From: a virus
Lineage: Duplodnaviria; Caudoviricetes
Virus record (IMG/VR): IMGVR_UViG_3300002144_000245
Span: 1 to 54,855 of that record
Reading direction: 5' to 3' (one strand)
Length of the DNA: 54,855 bases
In this document: positions 7,947 to 17,330 of the stretch, piece after piece
How the letters are laid out: every line of letters begins with the position of its first letter
Position numbering within the stretch: position 1 is the stretch's first letter
Notes under the pieces: model-generated
What the model saw: the letters and a program-made list of their open reading frames with translations, nothing else
Told to the model about the DNA's origin: nothing
Database searches by the model: none
Made by a program: the position numbers and the translations under genes

Positions 7947-9818
7947 TTAAATTATGTCATCCAATAGATTTGTTTCATCTAACATCCCAACTTCTTTCGT
8001 TTCAACATCTTTTAAAGACTCAGTAATGATACTTGAATTTTTTAATTTTCTCTTTTTCAAAGATGTTTTTAAAGTTTTGATTGACTCATACGCTATTGAT
8101 GAACCTTTATACTTGTGGTAGGTAGAGTCGGTTCCTACATCAGTTTTTCTTCCTAATGGGTCTCTACCCATAGCAGCTTTGTCGGTTCCATAGGTACCAC
8201 CTTCTTCAGGTCTACCGGCGCCATCAAATCCACCTTCAGGAGAACCGCCCTCATCGGTTGGGGCTCCCTCATCTTCACCACCCTCTAAATTAAGTGCAGC
8301 TAAGTCATGCGGGGTTCCAAAAGATTCTCCTGTTTTAACAGGGTCGTTACCTTCAGATGCGATTTGTTCTTGTCTGAATCCAAGTTTTAAGTCATTAATA
8401 ACTTTAGCTTGTTCCATTCGCCACTCATCATCCGACATATTAAAGATGTGTTTATACATCCATTCTTGAGAAACCATTTTGAGCTCTTTCATGTCAGAAA
8501 CTAATGATACTTTTTCAGACCATAGTGCGGCTTTCTCTTGTTCGTATATAATAGATGGATTGGTAAGTTCTAATTCAAAGTTTACTAAGTCTGCGTTCTC
8601 ATACCCTTGTGAATACAAATGAACGATAGCAATTTTGTGAAGTTCTGAAAGAACAATACGTTGAATTCGTTCGACAGTTCTTGCAAAACGAATATCTTGT
8701 TGTGCAAGTGTAGCTTTACCTTCAACACCCTCTTCATACCCAATGAATGCCTTTGGAACTTTAAGAGCCGCCATCATTCTATTCTTTAGGTATTCGATAT
8801 CCTCGATACCACCAAACTCCATACCATTTAGGGTATCAATTTCGGTTCCACTCTGACCACCTCTAACTGGTAAGTAGTAATCTTCCAACATATTCATCAA
8901 GTTAAACTTGAGGTTGTAGTCTCCCGTGTCTTGGTTAAGGTAAGGGACTTTCTTCATTTGGTCAATAATACTTCTCATATGATTATCAACCTCAGCAGGT
9001 GGAATGTTACCTACATCAATTTTAAATACTCGTTTTTCAGGCGCCCGCATGATTCGGTGAATCATCATAGCATCTTCCATTAGAGTTAATTGTTTCCATG
9101 TCTTACGAGCACCTTCCAACAAAGAACGACCATATGGTAGGAAGTTTGTGTCAGCCATTAAACGGAAATGTGCTACTTGGTAGAATTCAAAATAATAACT
9201 GTTTGTTTTTGTATTACCAGTAAATGGTGAATTCATTGAGTTTAATTTAAATCTAACCTCATATGGATTTTCGTCGTTAAATCCCTCTTCACGTTCAACT
9301 TCATACGCTGACATTGGTGATACGTTTACGATTCCAATCCCATCTTCAATATCAAGATGAAGATAGTAGTCACCATATTTGTTCATACCACGAATCCATG
9401 ACCAAAGGTTAAATTCGATATTTAAAACATCATAAAATAAATTATGAAGAATTTTTTTGACATTTTCATCTGAAGATTTGATTCGAATGATGTCGCCCAT
9501 ATCATTCTTTAAAGTACACTCATCTGAATAGATGTCTAATATAGAAGCAATGATGGAATCTTTGTCCATAGCTTCATAGTCCGTGTATAATTCTAATTTG
9601 TTTGAATGATAGTTGAATTGGTTATTATATGTTTCCCAATTTCTACGAGAGGTGTGCATTCTACCAAATCTATCATAGTAAGATGTGCCGCGAATGTTAC
9701 CATCCGACTGAAGCCGTTGTGTATCAACTGCCGCTGTTCTTCCTTTACCAATGCGTCTTACGACTACTTGGGTAGCGAATAGTTTTTTAAGCCTACTAAA
9801 TAACGTTGTGTCTGCCAT
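7947..9818 (-). CDS. Portal protein, T4 gp20-like
   Basis: YGRSLLE.ARK.WKQL.LMEDAMMIHRIMRAPEKRVFKIDVGNIP, MLEDYYLPVRGG.SGTEIDTL, ALKVPK, DIRFAR. Confidence 0.96.
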   Translation of the reverse strand: MADTTLFSRLKKLFATQVVVRRIGKGRTAAVDTQRLQSDGNIRGTSYYDRFGRMHTSRRNWETYNNQFNYHSNKLELYTDYEAMDKDSIIASILDIYSDECTLKNDMGDIIRIKSSDENVKKILHNLFYDVLNIEFNLWSWIRGMNKYGDYYLHLDIEDGIGIVNVSPMSAYEVEREEGFNDENPYEVRFKLNSMNSPFTGNTKTNSYYFEFYQVAHFRLMADTNFLPYGRSLLEGARKTWKQLTLMEDAMMIHRIMRAPEKRVFKIDVGNIPPAEVDNHMRSIIDQMKKVPYLNQDTGDYNLKFNLMNMLEDYYLPVRGGQSGTEIDTLNGMEFGGIEDIEYLKNRMMAALKVPKAFIGYEEGVEGKATLAQQDIRFARTVERIQRIVLSELHKIAIVHLYSQGYENADLVNFELELTNPSIIYEQEKAALWSEKVSLVSDMKELKMVSQEWMYKHIFNMSDDEWRMEQAKVINDLKLGFRQEQIASEGNDPVKTGESFGTPHDLAALNLEGGEDEGAPTDEGGSPEGGFDGAGRPEEGGTYGTDKAAMGRDPLGRKTDVGTDSTYHKYKGSSIAYESIKTLKTSLKKRKLKNSSIITESLKDVETKEVGMLDETNLLDDII

Positions 9819-9849
9819 ATTATTTCTCTAAGTGTATACCTTTGTAAAG

Positions 9850-9883
9850 TATAAATATACAAAAAATATTTTAATCTACCAAA
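9850..9883 (-). promoter_or_regulatory. Portal promoter: TTTG-N20-TATATTTA overlapping the TATTTATA motif
   Basis: caaa at 9880-9883, taaatata at 9852-9859 and tataaata at 9850-9857 on the plus strand. Confidence 0.55.
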
Positions 9884-11458
9884 TTAAAGTAACCATGTTA
9901 AATCTACGTCGTTTCCATGACCATCTCGTTGGGACCATGGGTTGTCTCCAAGAGTTCTATTATTATATACACCAGCACCTGCTTTTGTAATATTAGTCAA
10001 GGTGGTTCTGCTTAAATCAATACCCTGCTGTCTTAATTTTAATGCAGTATCACGTACCCACAACCCAGTTGAGAATGACATAACTAAGTCATCATTATAA
10101 CCTCGCTGTGCTTCCGCTCTACTACCATTCCATATGAAGACAAACAGTTCCTCTATAAGTCGCTTAGAATGGATGATAGGGGTACGTTCTCTCATGTAAG
10201 TATCTAATTTAGAGACTACTAAGGGTCGAGTTCTACTTGTCATTGAGAATCCAGGAACCATATCTTCTTTTCGTTTCAAATCAAAACCTTTGCGTAGGTG
10301 GATATCTTCATCGATATAACCAGCATCTCTATATGAGTAATATAAGTTTTGATAATTTCTATCAATTACTTCTTGTATTACAGCCCAACCAATATTTGCG
10401 TTTTCAATTACCAACATTGCGTTGTTCCACTCAGATGCGATTGATGTAAGCATAGCTCCAAATTGTTTGGTTTCTATCTTACCTTTATATTCCGCAACCT
10501 GTTCTACGGATTCAATATCAATTACATGAAACGCTGAGTAGTCGGTTGAATCTCCACGAGCAACGTCTGCTACAACAACATAATCACGTGAGTAGTTTGG
10601 GTAGTCCCATAACCAATAGTTACCATCAAATCCCCTCTTTTCCAATGGGTCTTTGACATAAGTCTCTTCGTACCATTGTAATGTAGCACCTTCAACTACA
10701 CTATAACCAGATGAAATAAAATCACAATCACATTCTTGTGCTGCTCCTTTATCACCTAACAATGTTGATTGTTCTTCACGCCATAGTTGGTTTCTATCAG
10801 GATGAACCGACCAATGTAATTCAATAGGATTCCATGTATCACCACTCATTGCCTGAACCCATACCTTATGGAACCAGTTACCTACACCATTTGGAGTAGA
10901 AAGTACAATAGCCCCACCACCTGTTGATAACGTGGATTGTGCAGATGTCCATATACTTTCAATATTATCAATGAAAGCGGCCTCGTCTATAATCAACATT
11001 GAAAGTGCTTCAGAACGACCAGCATCACCAGCGGCTGAAGTTGCTTTGATTTGAGACCCATTTTTTAATCGGAGAGATAATTTATTATCCTCTTCAGTTT
11101 GTCCCCTCAACCACGTTGGTAAGTTTTGATGCATGAAACGAACCTTTGTTACAAGATTCTTTGCTACCTCTTGTTTGGTAGCGATTACCAAAACATTCTT
11201 ATCTTCATGAAATAACATCAACCAAAGTGAATATCCAGCTGAAAGTGTTGAGATACCTAATTGACGAGATTTGAGAATAACATTAAATCTATGCTTCTCA
11301 ACCTCATACATTAAATTTTCTTGGAAGTCGTATAAGTTAAAAAGTATTTTACCACGAGATGGGTGTTGAATATAACAATACTTCTTAAAAAAATATACTG
11401 GGTCTTTAGCACATTTAACGTACTCTTCTTTGATTAACTCTTTTAGAGATTTTGCCAT
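9884..11458 (-). CDS. terL: Terminase large subunit, T4 gp17-like
   Basis: LYDFQ, KSRQLGIST, IIDEAAF, LSTPNG, VADVARGDSTDYS and NDDLVMS motifs. Confidence 0.96.
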   Translation of the reverse strand: MAKSLKELIKEEYVKCAKDPVYFFKKYCYIQHPSRGKILFNLYDFQENLMYEVEKHRFNVILKSRQLGISTLSAGYSLWLMLFHEDKNVLVIATKQEVAKNLVTKVRFMHQNLPTWLRGQTEEDNKLSLRLKNGSQIKATSAAGDAGRSEALSMLIIDEAAFIDNIESIWTSAQSTLSTGGGAIVLSTPNGVGNWFHKVWVQAMSGDTWNPIELHWSVHPDRNQLWREEQSTLLGDKGAAQECDCDFISSGYSVVEGATLQWYEETYVKDPLEKRGFDGNYWLWDYPNYSRDYVVVADVARGDSTDYSAFHVIDIESVEQVAEYKGKIETKQFGAMLTSIASEWNNAMLVIENANIGWAVIQEVIDRNYQNLYYSYRDAGYIDEDIHLRKGFDLKRKEDMVPGFSMTSRTRPLVVSKLDTYMRERTPIIHSKRLIEELFVFIWNGSRAEAQRGYNDDLVMSFSTGLWVRDTALKLRQQGIDLSRTTLTNITKAGAGVYNNRTLGDNPWSQRDGHGNDVDLTWLL

Positions 11459-11464
11459 ACATTT

Positions 11465-12046
11465 CTATTTTCCAAGTTTCCAATACATTCTTCCGGAAAT
11501 CACAGGAACAAAATCTTGATTTACACCAACACCAACTCCATATATTTGTTTTTTCTTGGTTCTATAAATAAACTCAGTACCTAAATAATTTAACTGGCCC
11601 ATGTTACCTTGAAGACCAACCCCCCAATAAAATTCTCTATTGTTTAGATATATTTCGTTGGTGATTGTTGTAGTTGGGTAGATTAATTTATAATTGAGAG
11701 AACGGCTTATGATTTTGTTTTGTGATATTGAATCGGAAATAGTTAATGTTAGACTATCCAACTCTTGTTTATCCTCATATACATATGTAGCGAAATAATC
11801 CTCTAAAATAGAAGCAGTATCAATTTTTCGAGTTACCGTATCAGTCTTAGTGACAATTCGTGTAATGTATTTTGGAATATAAGCAGGAACGTCACGCGTG
11901 ATTGTATCATACTTAATTTCTACTTTAGTAATTACAATAGGGTCAACCACCTCCGTGATATTTTTGCTACAATTTCTCATTAAAAGAATTATAACAACCA
12001 ACACTACAATGAGTAGTGTTTGAATATTTCCGAAATATTTTTTCAC
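11465..12046 (-). CDS. Membrane-anchored protein, possible spanin or lipoprotein
   Basis: N-terminal hydrophobic helix followed by Cys (LLMRNCS); beta-rich C-terminus. Confidence 0.4.
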   Translation of the reverse strand: MKKYFGNIQTLLIVVLVVIILLMRNCSKNITEVVDPIVITKVEIKYDTITRDVPAYIPKYITRIVTKTDTVTRKIDTASILEDYFATYVYEDKQELDSLTLTISDSISQNKIISRSLNYKLIYPTTTITNEIYLNNREFYWGVGLQGNMGQLNYLGTEFIYRTKKKQIYGVGVGVNQDFVPVISGRMYWKLGK

Positions 12047-12049
12047 AAA

Positions 12050-12466
12050 TTACTTTTTATGGTACAAAGCGTATACTTTGTTAATTAAGTTTGTTTTTGT
12101 TTCAGAGTTTGATAAATCAACGCCAAATTTAGTTTTAGCAGAATCAATTAATTCTTCCTTTGTCATAGAACGTAATGATTCTTTTGTTACTTTACCTGTA
12201 ACGGCATTAATAACATCGGCTGATTCTTTAACAACTGCCTTCACAGCAACCTTAACATCGTTTACCTCTTTGGCAACTTTTTTAACTTTAGTTTTTACGT
12301 TAGTTATTTTTTTGTTAACTACCTTTTTAACTGCTGCAGCTTTGTCTTCAACAACATCTGGAATCAGGTCACCATCACGGTCGCCAATTACTTTTGTTTT
12401 TTGAAGGATGACTAATGTTAGTCCGATAATAGCAAATATGCTAATGATAATAAATAATGTGTTCAT
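12050..12466 (-). CDS. Membrane protein with a DRDGD loop and a C-terminal Rho-N/HeH-like helical domain
   Basis: N-terminal TM helix, DRDGDLIPD, LRSMTKEELID...KTNLIN. Confidence 0.45.
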   Translation of the reverse strand: MNTLFIIISIFAIIGLTLVILQKTKVIGDRDGDLIPDVVEDKAAAVKKVVNKKITNVKTKVKKVAKEVNDVKVAVKAVVKESADVINAVTGKVTKESLRSMTKEELIDSAKTKFGVDLSNSETKTNLINKVYALYHKK

Positions 12467-12528
12467 AATTTTCTTTTTTTTTGTTTAACGTATTGTTCCA
12501 ATATAAATATGTAAATAAAACTAATTAA

Positions 12529-13860
12529 TTACCATTTACGACACGACCAATAATTGGCCTTCCATCTTGGGCCTGGTTCATCACAATTCATTCTTGCCCT
12601 GAATGATTTACGGGCAGCTGGATTGTCTTTTTTAATGACCATTCCCTTTTGTCCAAAGTTTACTTTAACAACATTACCTTTGTCGTTGTTTACATATACT
12701 TTGAATTTTTTAACATCACCTTGCATTATCTTACCAAGTTTTACGGCTCTACCTTGGTATTCAGCTTCGTTAAGTGATGGTGTGTATTCCTTCATAAATT
12801 GAACAAATTCTTTTACATCTTGATAGTTCTCTACATCATACTCTTCAATGGAGTCATCACCACCATCTGCATTATTTACAATATTTAAATAATCCTCAGC
12901 TTTGGTAATCAATGATTGAACCCATGGTTCTAAGTTTGAACGGCTGTTTAATTTATCTAATAATTGTTGAGCGTGTTCGACTGAACTTTGTAGTTGGTCA
13001 ACGGCCATATCTGCATCTGATTCAGATGATTCTTTCTTCAATCTACTTTTCTCAGCTCTACCTCTATTTGTAGATTCGGCTTCGAATCCAACTATCTTCC
13101 CACTTTTATGAGATGCATCTTTACCATCACCATTACCATAAGTACCTTTATCTCTATTGTACTTATTTAGCTCAGCTCTGTATTTCTTTGATTTATCTGA
13201 TGATTGAAATTTCTTATACTCATCTTTGTAATCTCGTTTAGTTTCTTCAGTTACCGATTCTAATAGTTTATGTAATTCTTTAACTAATGGTGATGCTGCT
13301 GTAAATAACTTAGGATTTTTTTTAGAGCTATCATTCTTTAGGTTTTTAATTAAATTTTGAATGGAATCTATTACATCTAATATTTCAGAATTTTTAACGC
13401 TACCTTCGTTTACTGATTCATTAAATATACTATACTTTTTTATACCTAATTTACTTACCATTTTTTCAATAGTATTGTAATCACTATCTGGATGATTTCC
13501 ATTTCCAAGTATAATTTCTATCTCTCCTTTAGTTACAGGATGAGAACTAACGTTTACTTTATACTTTTTATTTATTTTTTGAACGTAGTTTCGTAATACA
13601 TCTATTTTATCTTCGGTAACTACTGATTCATTCTTTGGAACACAATTAGGGACTTCTTTGCCATCCTTCATTTTCATTCCAACCATCTCATATCCATCCC
13701 AACATGGGTTATCAGTAGCTTCTTCATTTGTAAATGATTTAACATATGGATTCGATACTACTTGACCTAACTCAGGAACAAAGCCATACTTTTCTTCCAT
13801 AAATGTTTTTACATTATGGTATTCTTCTCTGATGAGTTGTTTAAGTTGCGATTCGTTCAT
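12529..13860 (-). CDS. Modular polyprotein-like protein (CWDGY module, HNH-like module, C-terminal Cys/Trp module)
   Basis: Modules separated by ESVVTE, ESVNE, ESVTE, ESSE and LNE; PCWDGYEMVG..KEVPNCVP, GDGKDASH..NR, ARKSFRARMNC..YWSCRKW. Confidence 0.7.
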   Translation of the reverse strand: MNESQLKQLIREEYHNVKTFMEEKYGFVPELGQVVSNPYVKSFTNEEATDNPCWDGYEMVGMKMKDGKEVPNCVPKNESVVTEDKIDVLRNYVQKINKKYKVNVSSHPVTKGEIEIILGNGNHPDSDYNTIEKMVSKLGIKKYSIFNESVNEGSVKNSEILDVIDSIQNLIKNLKNDSSKKNPKLFTAASPLVKELHKLLESVTEETKRDYKDEYKKFQSSDKSKKYRAELNKYNRDKGTYGNGDGKDASHKSGKIVGFEAESTNRGRAEKSRLKKESSESDADMAVDQLQSSVEHAQQLLDKLNSRSNLEPWVQSLITKAEDYLNIVNNADGGDDSIEEYDVENYQDVKEFVQFMKEYTPSLNEAEYQGRAVKLGKIMQGDVKKFKVYVNNDKGNVVKVNFGQKGMVIKKDNPAARKSFRARMNCDEPGPRWKANYWSCRKW

Positions 13861-13861
13861 A

Positions 13862-15166
13862 TTATACTTTATGTCGTGTTGGCTTCATTGAGGTTTTTTC
13901 AGTAACTACTGATTCGCTAGTTAATCTTTTTTTGTATTTTTTAGCCATCTTCATCGCTACGTTTACTATACTTTTAAAATCTTTAGCTTCTTCCATTGCG
14001 ATTTGGCCAGCGTCATAACTTTCAATACTAACAAAGTACCCTTTGTCATCACGACGACCAACATACATCATCATCTCTTCACCACCGTCAAATAGGAAAT
14101 CACTACTACCACCATGATATCTAGCATCACCTACTTCAGAGTCCACACCTACACCTGTTGCTCTTTCTAAAGATTTTCTAACAAGTTCCTGCTCTTTATC
14201 TGATAACATTGGTGTTGCTCTCTCATTTAACGTAGAAGAAAGTTTCATTGAATTTTTCTCTTTAATTGACTCCTTAGCGAAGTCTTTTACGTTCTCTTTG
14301 TCTTCTTTGTTAACGGATTCGTTCTTCATAAGTTTGTATGCCATATGTCCCATTGCTACAATACCACTCTTTACAAACTTATCTTTATTAGATTGTTGTT
14401 TAAGTGCATCATATACTTGAACCATTAGAGATGCTGATTGCATATCTACTCTTACCTTCTTATTTGATTTAGTATCAACTACTAAAGCGTTTTGTTTATC
14501 TTTTACAATTTTTCTTAATTGAGTGATAACTTCAGGTTCAGCAGCTGCTTCTTTTATTGATTCAGTATGTAAACTTTTGAATGTAGATTGTAACCACTTC
14601 ATAAGGTCTTTGTTTTTATAATCAAAGTCAGGATGTTCTTTTCTGAACTCTTTCATGAAATCAAGAAATGACCCTGCGTTTTGAATCATTATATCTATGT
14701 TTTTCATTACACCTTCAGTTGTAAGTTTATTAGTCACTTTAATTCCCTCTTCAAGTTTGTGCACAGGATATTTTTTTCCATTAAATTCAAATTCATCCAA
14801 ACCTTCTTTTCTTGCGTTATAAAGTGCGCCTGTAAATGCATTACCCTCAGTTAAACCTTGTTCTTGGTTTTGTGTATCAGCATATTCTTGAGCCTGGTCT
14901 TTAGTAGCAAAACTCTTTACTCTAACTTCACCTTCCCACACAGTCCATGGTGTGAATGGGTTAGATTGTTTATCAAACTTCACAACATAGTTGTCAGTTG
15001 GGTCTGCTGTGTGGTCTTCATTTACAAGGTTCACAGGCACTAATGCAGTTCCGCTATTTGTTAACTTCATAACATAGTGAACTCCATTTATTACTGTTTT
15101 GTAATCTTTGGGAGTTTTATTCCACTCACCCTTTGTAATACTATGTGTAATTTTAAACTTAGCCAT
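13862..15166 (-). CDS. Modular polyprotein-like hypothetical protein
   Basis: Strong TAAGGAG RBS; junctions LVNE, LTE, ESIKE (x2), TLNE, ESVVTE. Confidence 0.7.
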   Translation of the reverse strand: MAKFKITHSITKGEWNKTPKDYKTVINGVHYVMKLTNSGTALVPVNLVNEDHTADPTDNYVVKFDKQSNPFTPWTVWEGEVRVKSFATKDQAQEYADTQNQEQGLTEGNAFTGALYNARKEGLDEFEFNGKKYPVHKLEEGIKVTNKLTTEGVMKNIDIMIQNAGSFLDFMKEFRKEHPDFDYKNKDLMKWLQSTFKSLHTESIKEAAAEPEVITQLRKIVKDKQNALVVDTKSNKKVRVDMQSASLMVQVYDALKQQSNKDKFVKSGIVAMGHMAYKLMKNESVNKEDKENVKDFAKESIKEKNSMKLSSTLNERATPMLSDKEQELVRKSLERATGVGVDSEVGDARYHGGSSDFLFDGGEEMMMYVGRRDDKGYFVSIESYDAGQIAMEEAKDFKSIVNVAMKMAKKYKKRLTSESVVTEKTSMKPTRHKV

Positions 15167-15176
15167 TAGTTACTCC

Positions 15177-17330
15177 TTAATTAATATAAGCATTTAATTC
15201 GTAATTACCGCTATCCATACCATATACTTGGAATGATAATGATTTTTTTTGTGGTTTACCTGCTTTCGAAAGACCTATAGTGAACGAGTTTGTTTTACCA
15301 ATACTTGGTCTTGAACGAGAATATTTACCACCCATAGCAACTTGACTATTCCAATCATCCATATCCACTTCAAATCCACGTTTTTCAACCATTTCCTTTG
15401 CAGTATCTGCGGCTGAAGTGAATGACTTATGGTATACTTGATATTGAGCTTCGTTTACTGATTTGTTGGTTGATTCCGTTTGTATTTCATGTGCAGGTAC
15501 TTCTAGTGAATAATATTGACCGATATCTACAATGTAAAATGGAGAACCTGGTGTTTTACCATCAAAACGAACAATTTTACCCGATTTACCACCACGAAGT
15601 TTTACTTTTGTTCCGGGTTTTAATATAGGAGTTGATGCTTCGTTTACTGATTCATTCTTTATCTTATTATAAAGTGCTTCAACTTTGGGTAATGTTTTAG
15701 TTATTACAGAAATATAATTTAAAACATCTTTATTTAAATCATACGATGGTTTAAATGGTAAAATATTACCGATTGTTCTTCCTATTACAATTCTATCATT
15801 ACCTTCTGAATCCATTACATTAAATGGTAAGTTAGGTTTACCATCCCACATTGGCGTTGCATAGATAAGTAAATCAATACCTTTTTTTTCAAATTCAAAA
15901 GTACCAGACCTACTATCTACATGCAGTTTCCAACCTTTGATATCTTTTCCGTTTAATACTTTTTCAGTTGCTTTTTGTAATTTATCTGCGTACTCGTCAT
16001 CTTTTGAAGATTCGTTTACTGATTCATCTACTTTATATTTGTAGATTACATCACTTCTATCTCGCAATGTAGTCGTGCCATGTTGTAAATCATAGTTTGC
16101 GTTAGCAGATGTTGCTTTAGCAAACTTACCATTCTTTAAGTAGAATGTACCAATACGAGAATTGTTATCATCAGTTACATAAAATACTGCGTTTTTCTTT
16201 TTCTTTGATAATGTAATAATATCAGATAGGTTCTTAGCTTTTATAAACTCACCATATCCTTCGTTAACTACTGATTCACTCATACTTAATATTGCTTTTT
16301 TCTTTTTAAGCATTAGTTTAAGGAACATATCTACTAACTTACCATTCGCATCATCAGTCATACGGTGGGGTCTACCAACGAAATCTTGACCGATACCATC
16401 CATCTTACCTGAACGTTCAAATTTAATCGTTCCGTTTGGGGATTTTATTGCAAAGTCACCCATACCTAAATGTACTAGTTCTGAATTTGGTAATACACCT
16501 TTACTATAGTTTACAAAGTTACTATCTACTATAGTTTGATTTCCAACTCGTTCGTAGTGACCTACATCCTTACCTTCGTTTACTGATTCTTTGAATAATC
16601 TCATACCAACGTTTTCAACTAAGTCTTCTACTTTTTGTCCAAGTGGTCTACCAAGTGTCATCGAGATGTAATATCCAAGTGCATCAACAATTACTTTCCC
16701 ATCCCACTTACAAATAGATGCAATGTCAGCCCCTAATTCATAATGGTACATATTTTCAAGGTCTTTCTTAGCCATTGGGTCACCCTCATACTTTGCTTTA
16801 GGAAATAATTTTGAAACTCTCTTTGCTTCGCTATGGAAGTTAGCGTCACCTAAAGCGCCCATCAAAATGTGCATTATAGCCCATTGGTGATTAGCCCCAC
16901 CTTTTTTTAAGTCTTTAAGGTGCTTGTCTAAAAGAGCTTTAACTTTTTTGTTTTCAGCAGGCCCTTCGGATAGAATATTTTCTACGATATTTGATAAATT
17001 CATGGATGTCTCCGTTTTTTCTAATAAGTTTAATAATGAGTCTTCTTTAATTTTAAATGAGTATCCAGCACCATGGTAAGTACTGTCAATTTCAAAATCT
17101 AATCCTGTTTTTGTTTTTAGTCGGACAATTGTTAGAGTTCTGAAATCTTCATCAGCATATCGCTCATTACCAAGTTGTGTTTTGATATGAGTGATTGTAT
17201 CTAAATCTTTAGATGTTTTTGGCAAAAGAATAATATTACCATTTTTAATGGATGTGTTAAATTCTACTTTACCATTTCGGTAGTCAAATTTAACTTTACC
17301 TTCTGACAATATTGATGATTTTAATTTCAT
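15177..17330 (-). CDS. Seven-module polyprotein-like hypothetical protein
   Basis: MKLKSSILSE leader, then modules delimited by ILSE, ESVNE, ESVVNE, ESVNE, ESVNE and KSVNE. Confidence 0.72.
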   Translation of the reverse strand: MKLKSSILSEGKVKFDYRNGKVEFNTSIKNGNIILLPKTSKDLDTITHIKTQLGNERYADEDFRTLTIVRLKTKTGLDFEIDSTYHGAGYSFKIKEDSLLNLLEKTETSMNLSNIVENILSEGPAENKKVKALLDKHLKDLKKGGANHQWAIMHILMGALGDANFHSEAKRVSKLFPKAKYEGDPMAKKDLENMYHYELGADIASICKWDGKVIVDALGYYISMTLGRPLGQKVEDLVENVGMRLFKESVNEGKDVGHYERVGNQTIVDSNFVNYSKGVLPNSELVHLGMGDFAIKSPNGTIKFERSGKMDGIGQDFVGRPHRMTDDANGKLVDMFLKLMLKKKKAILSMSESVVNEGYGEFIKAKNLSDIITLSKKKKNAVFYVTDDNNSRIGTFYLKNGKFAKATSANANYDLQHGTTTLRDRSDVIYKYKVDESVNESSKDDEYADKLQKATEKVLNGKDIKGWKLHVDSRSGTFEFEKKGIDLLIYATPMWDGKPNLPFNVMDSEGNDRIVIGRTIGNILPFKPSYDLNKDVLNYISVITKTLPKVEALYNKIKNESVNEASTPILKPGTKVKLRGGKSGKIVRFDGKTPGSPFYIVDIGQYYSLEVPAHEIQTESTNKSVNEAQYQVYHKSFTSAADTAKEMVEKRGFEVDMDDWNSQVAMGGKYSRSRPSIGKTNSFTIGLSKAGKPQKKSLSFQVYGMDSGNYELNAYIN

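Larger units (their letters stand above)
4454..16589 (-). repeat. Dispersed in-frame linker repeat family GAATCAGTA(AAC|GTTACT)GAA (ESVNE/ESVVTE)
   Basis: Plus-strand ttcgtttactgatt at 13405, 15450, 15639, 16011, 16575; ttc(a/g)gtaactactgattc at 4454, 5227, 13612, 13898; variants at 13246 and 16260. Confidence 0.9.

Noticed and set aside
13405-16589. ESVNE DNA repeats as a CRISPR array
   Set aside because: Repeats are only 14-19 bp, spaced irregularly by about 190 bp or more, always in frame inside ORFs, and no cas genes are present
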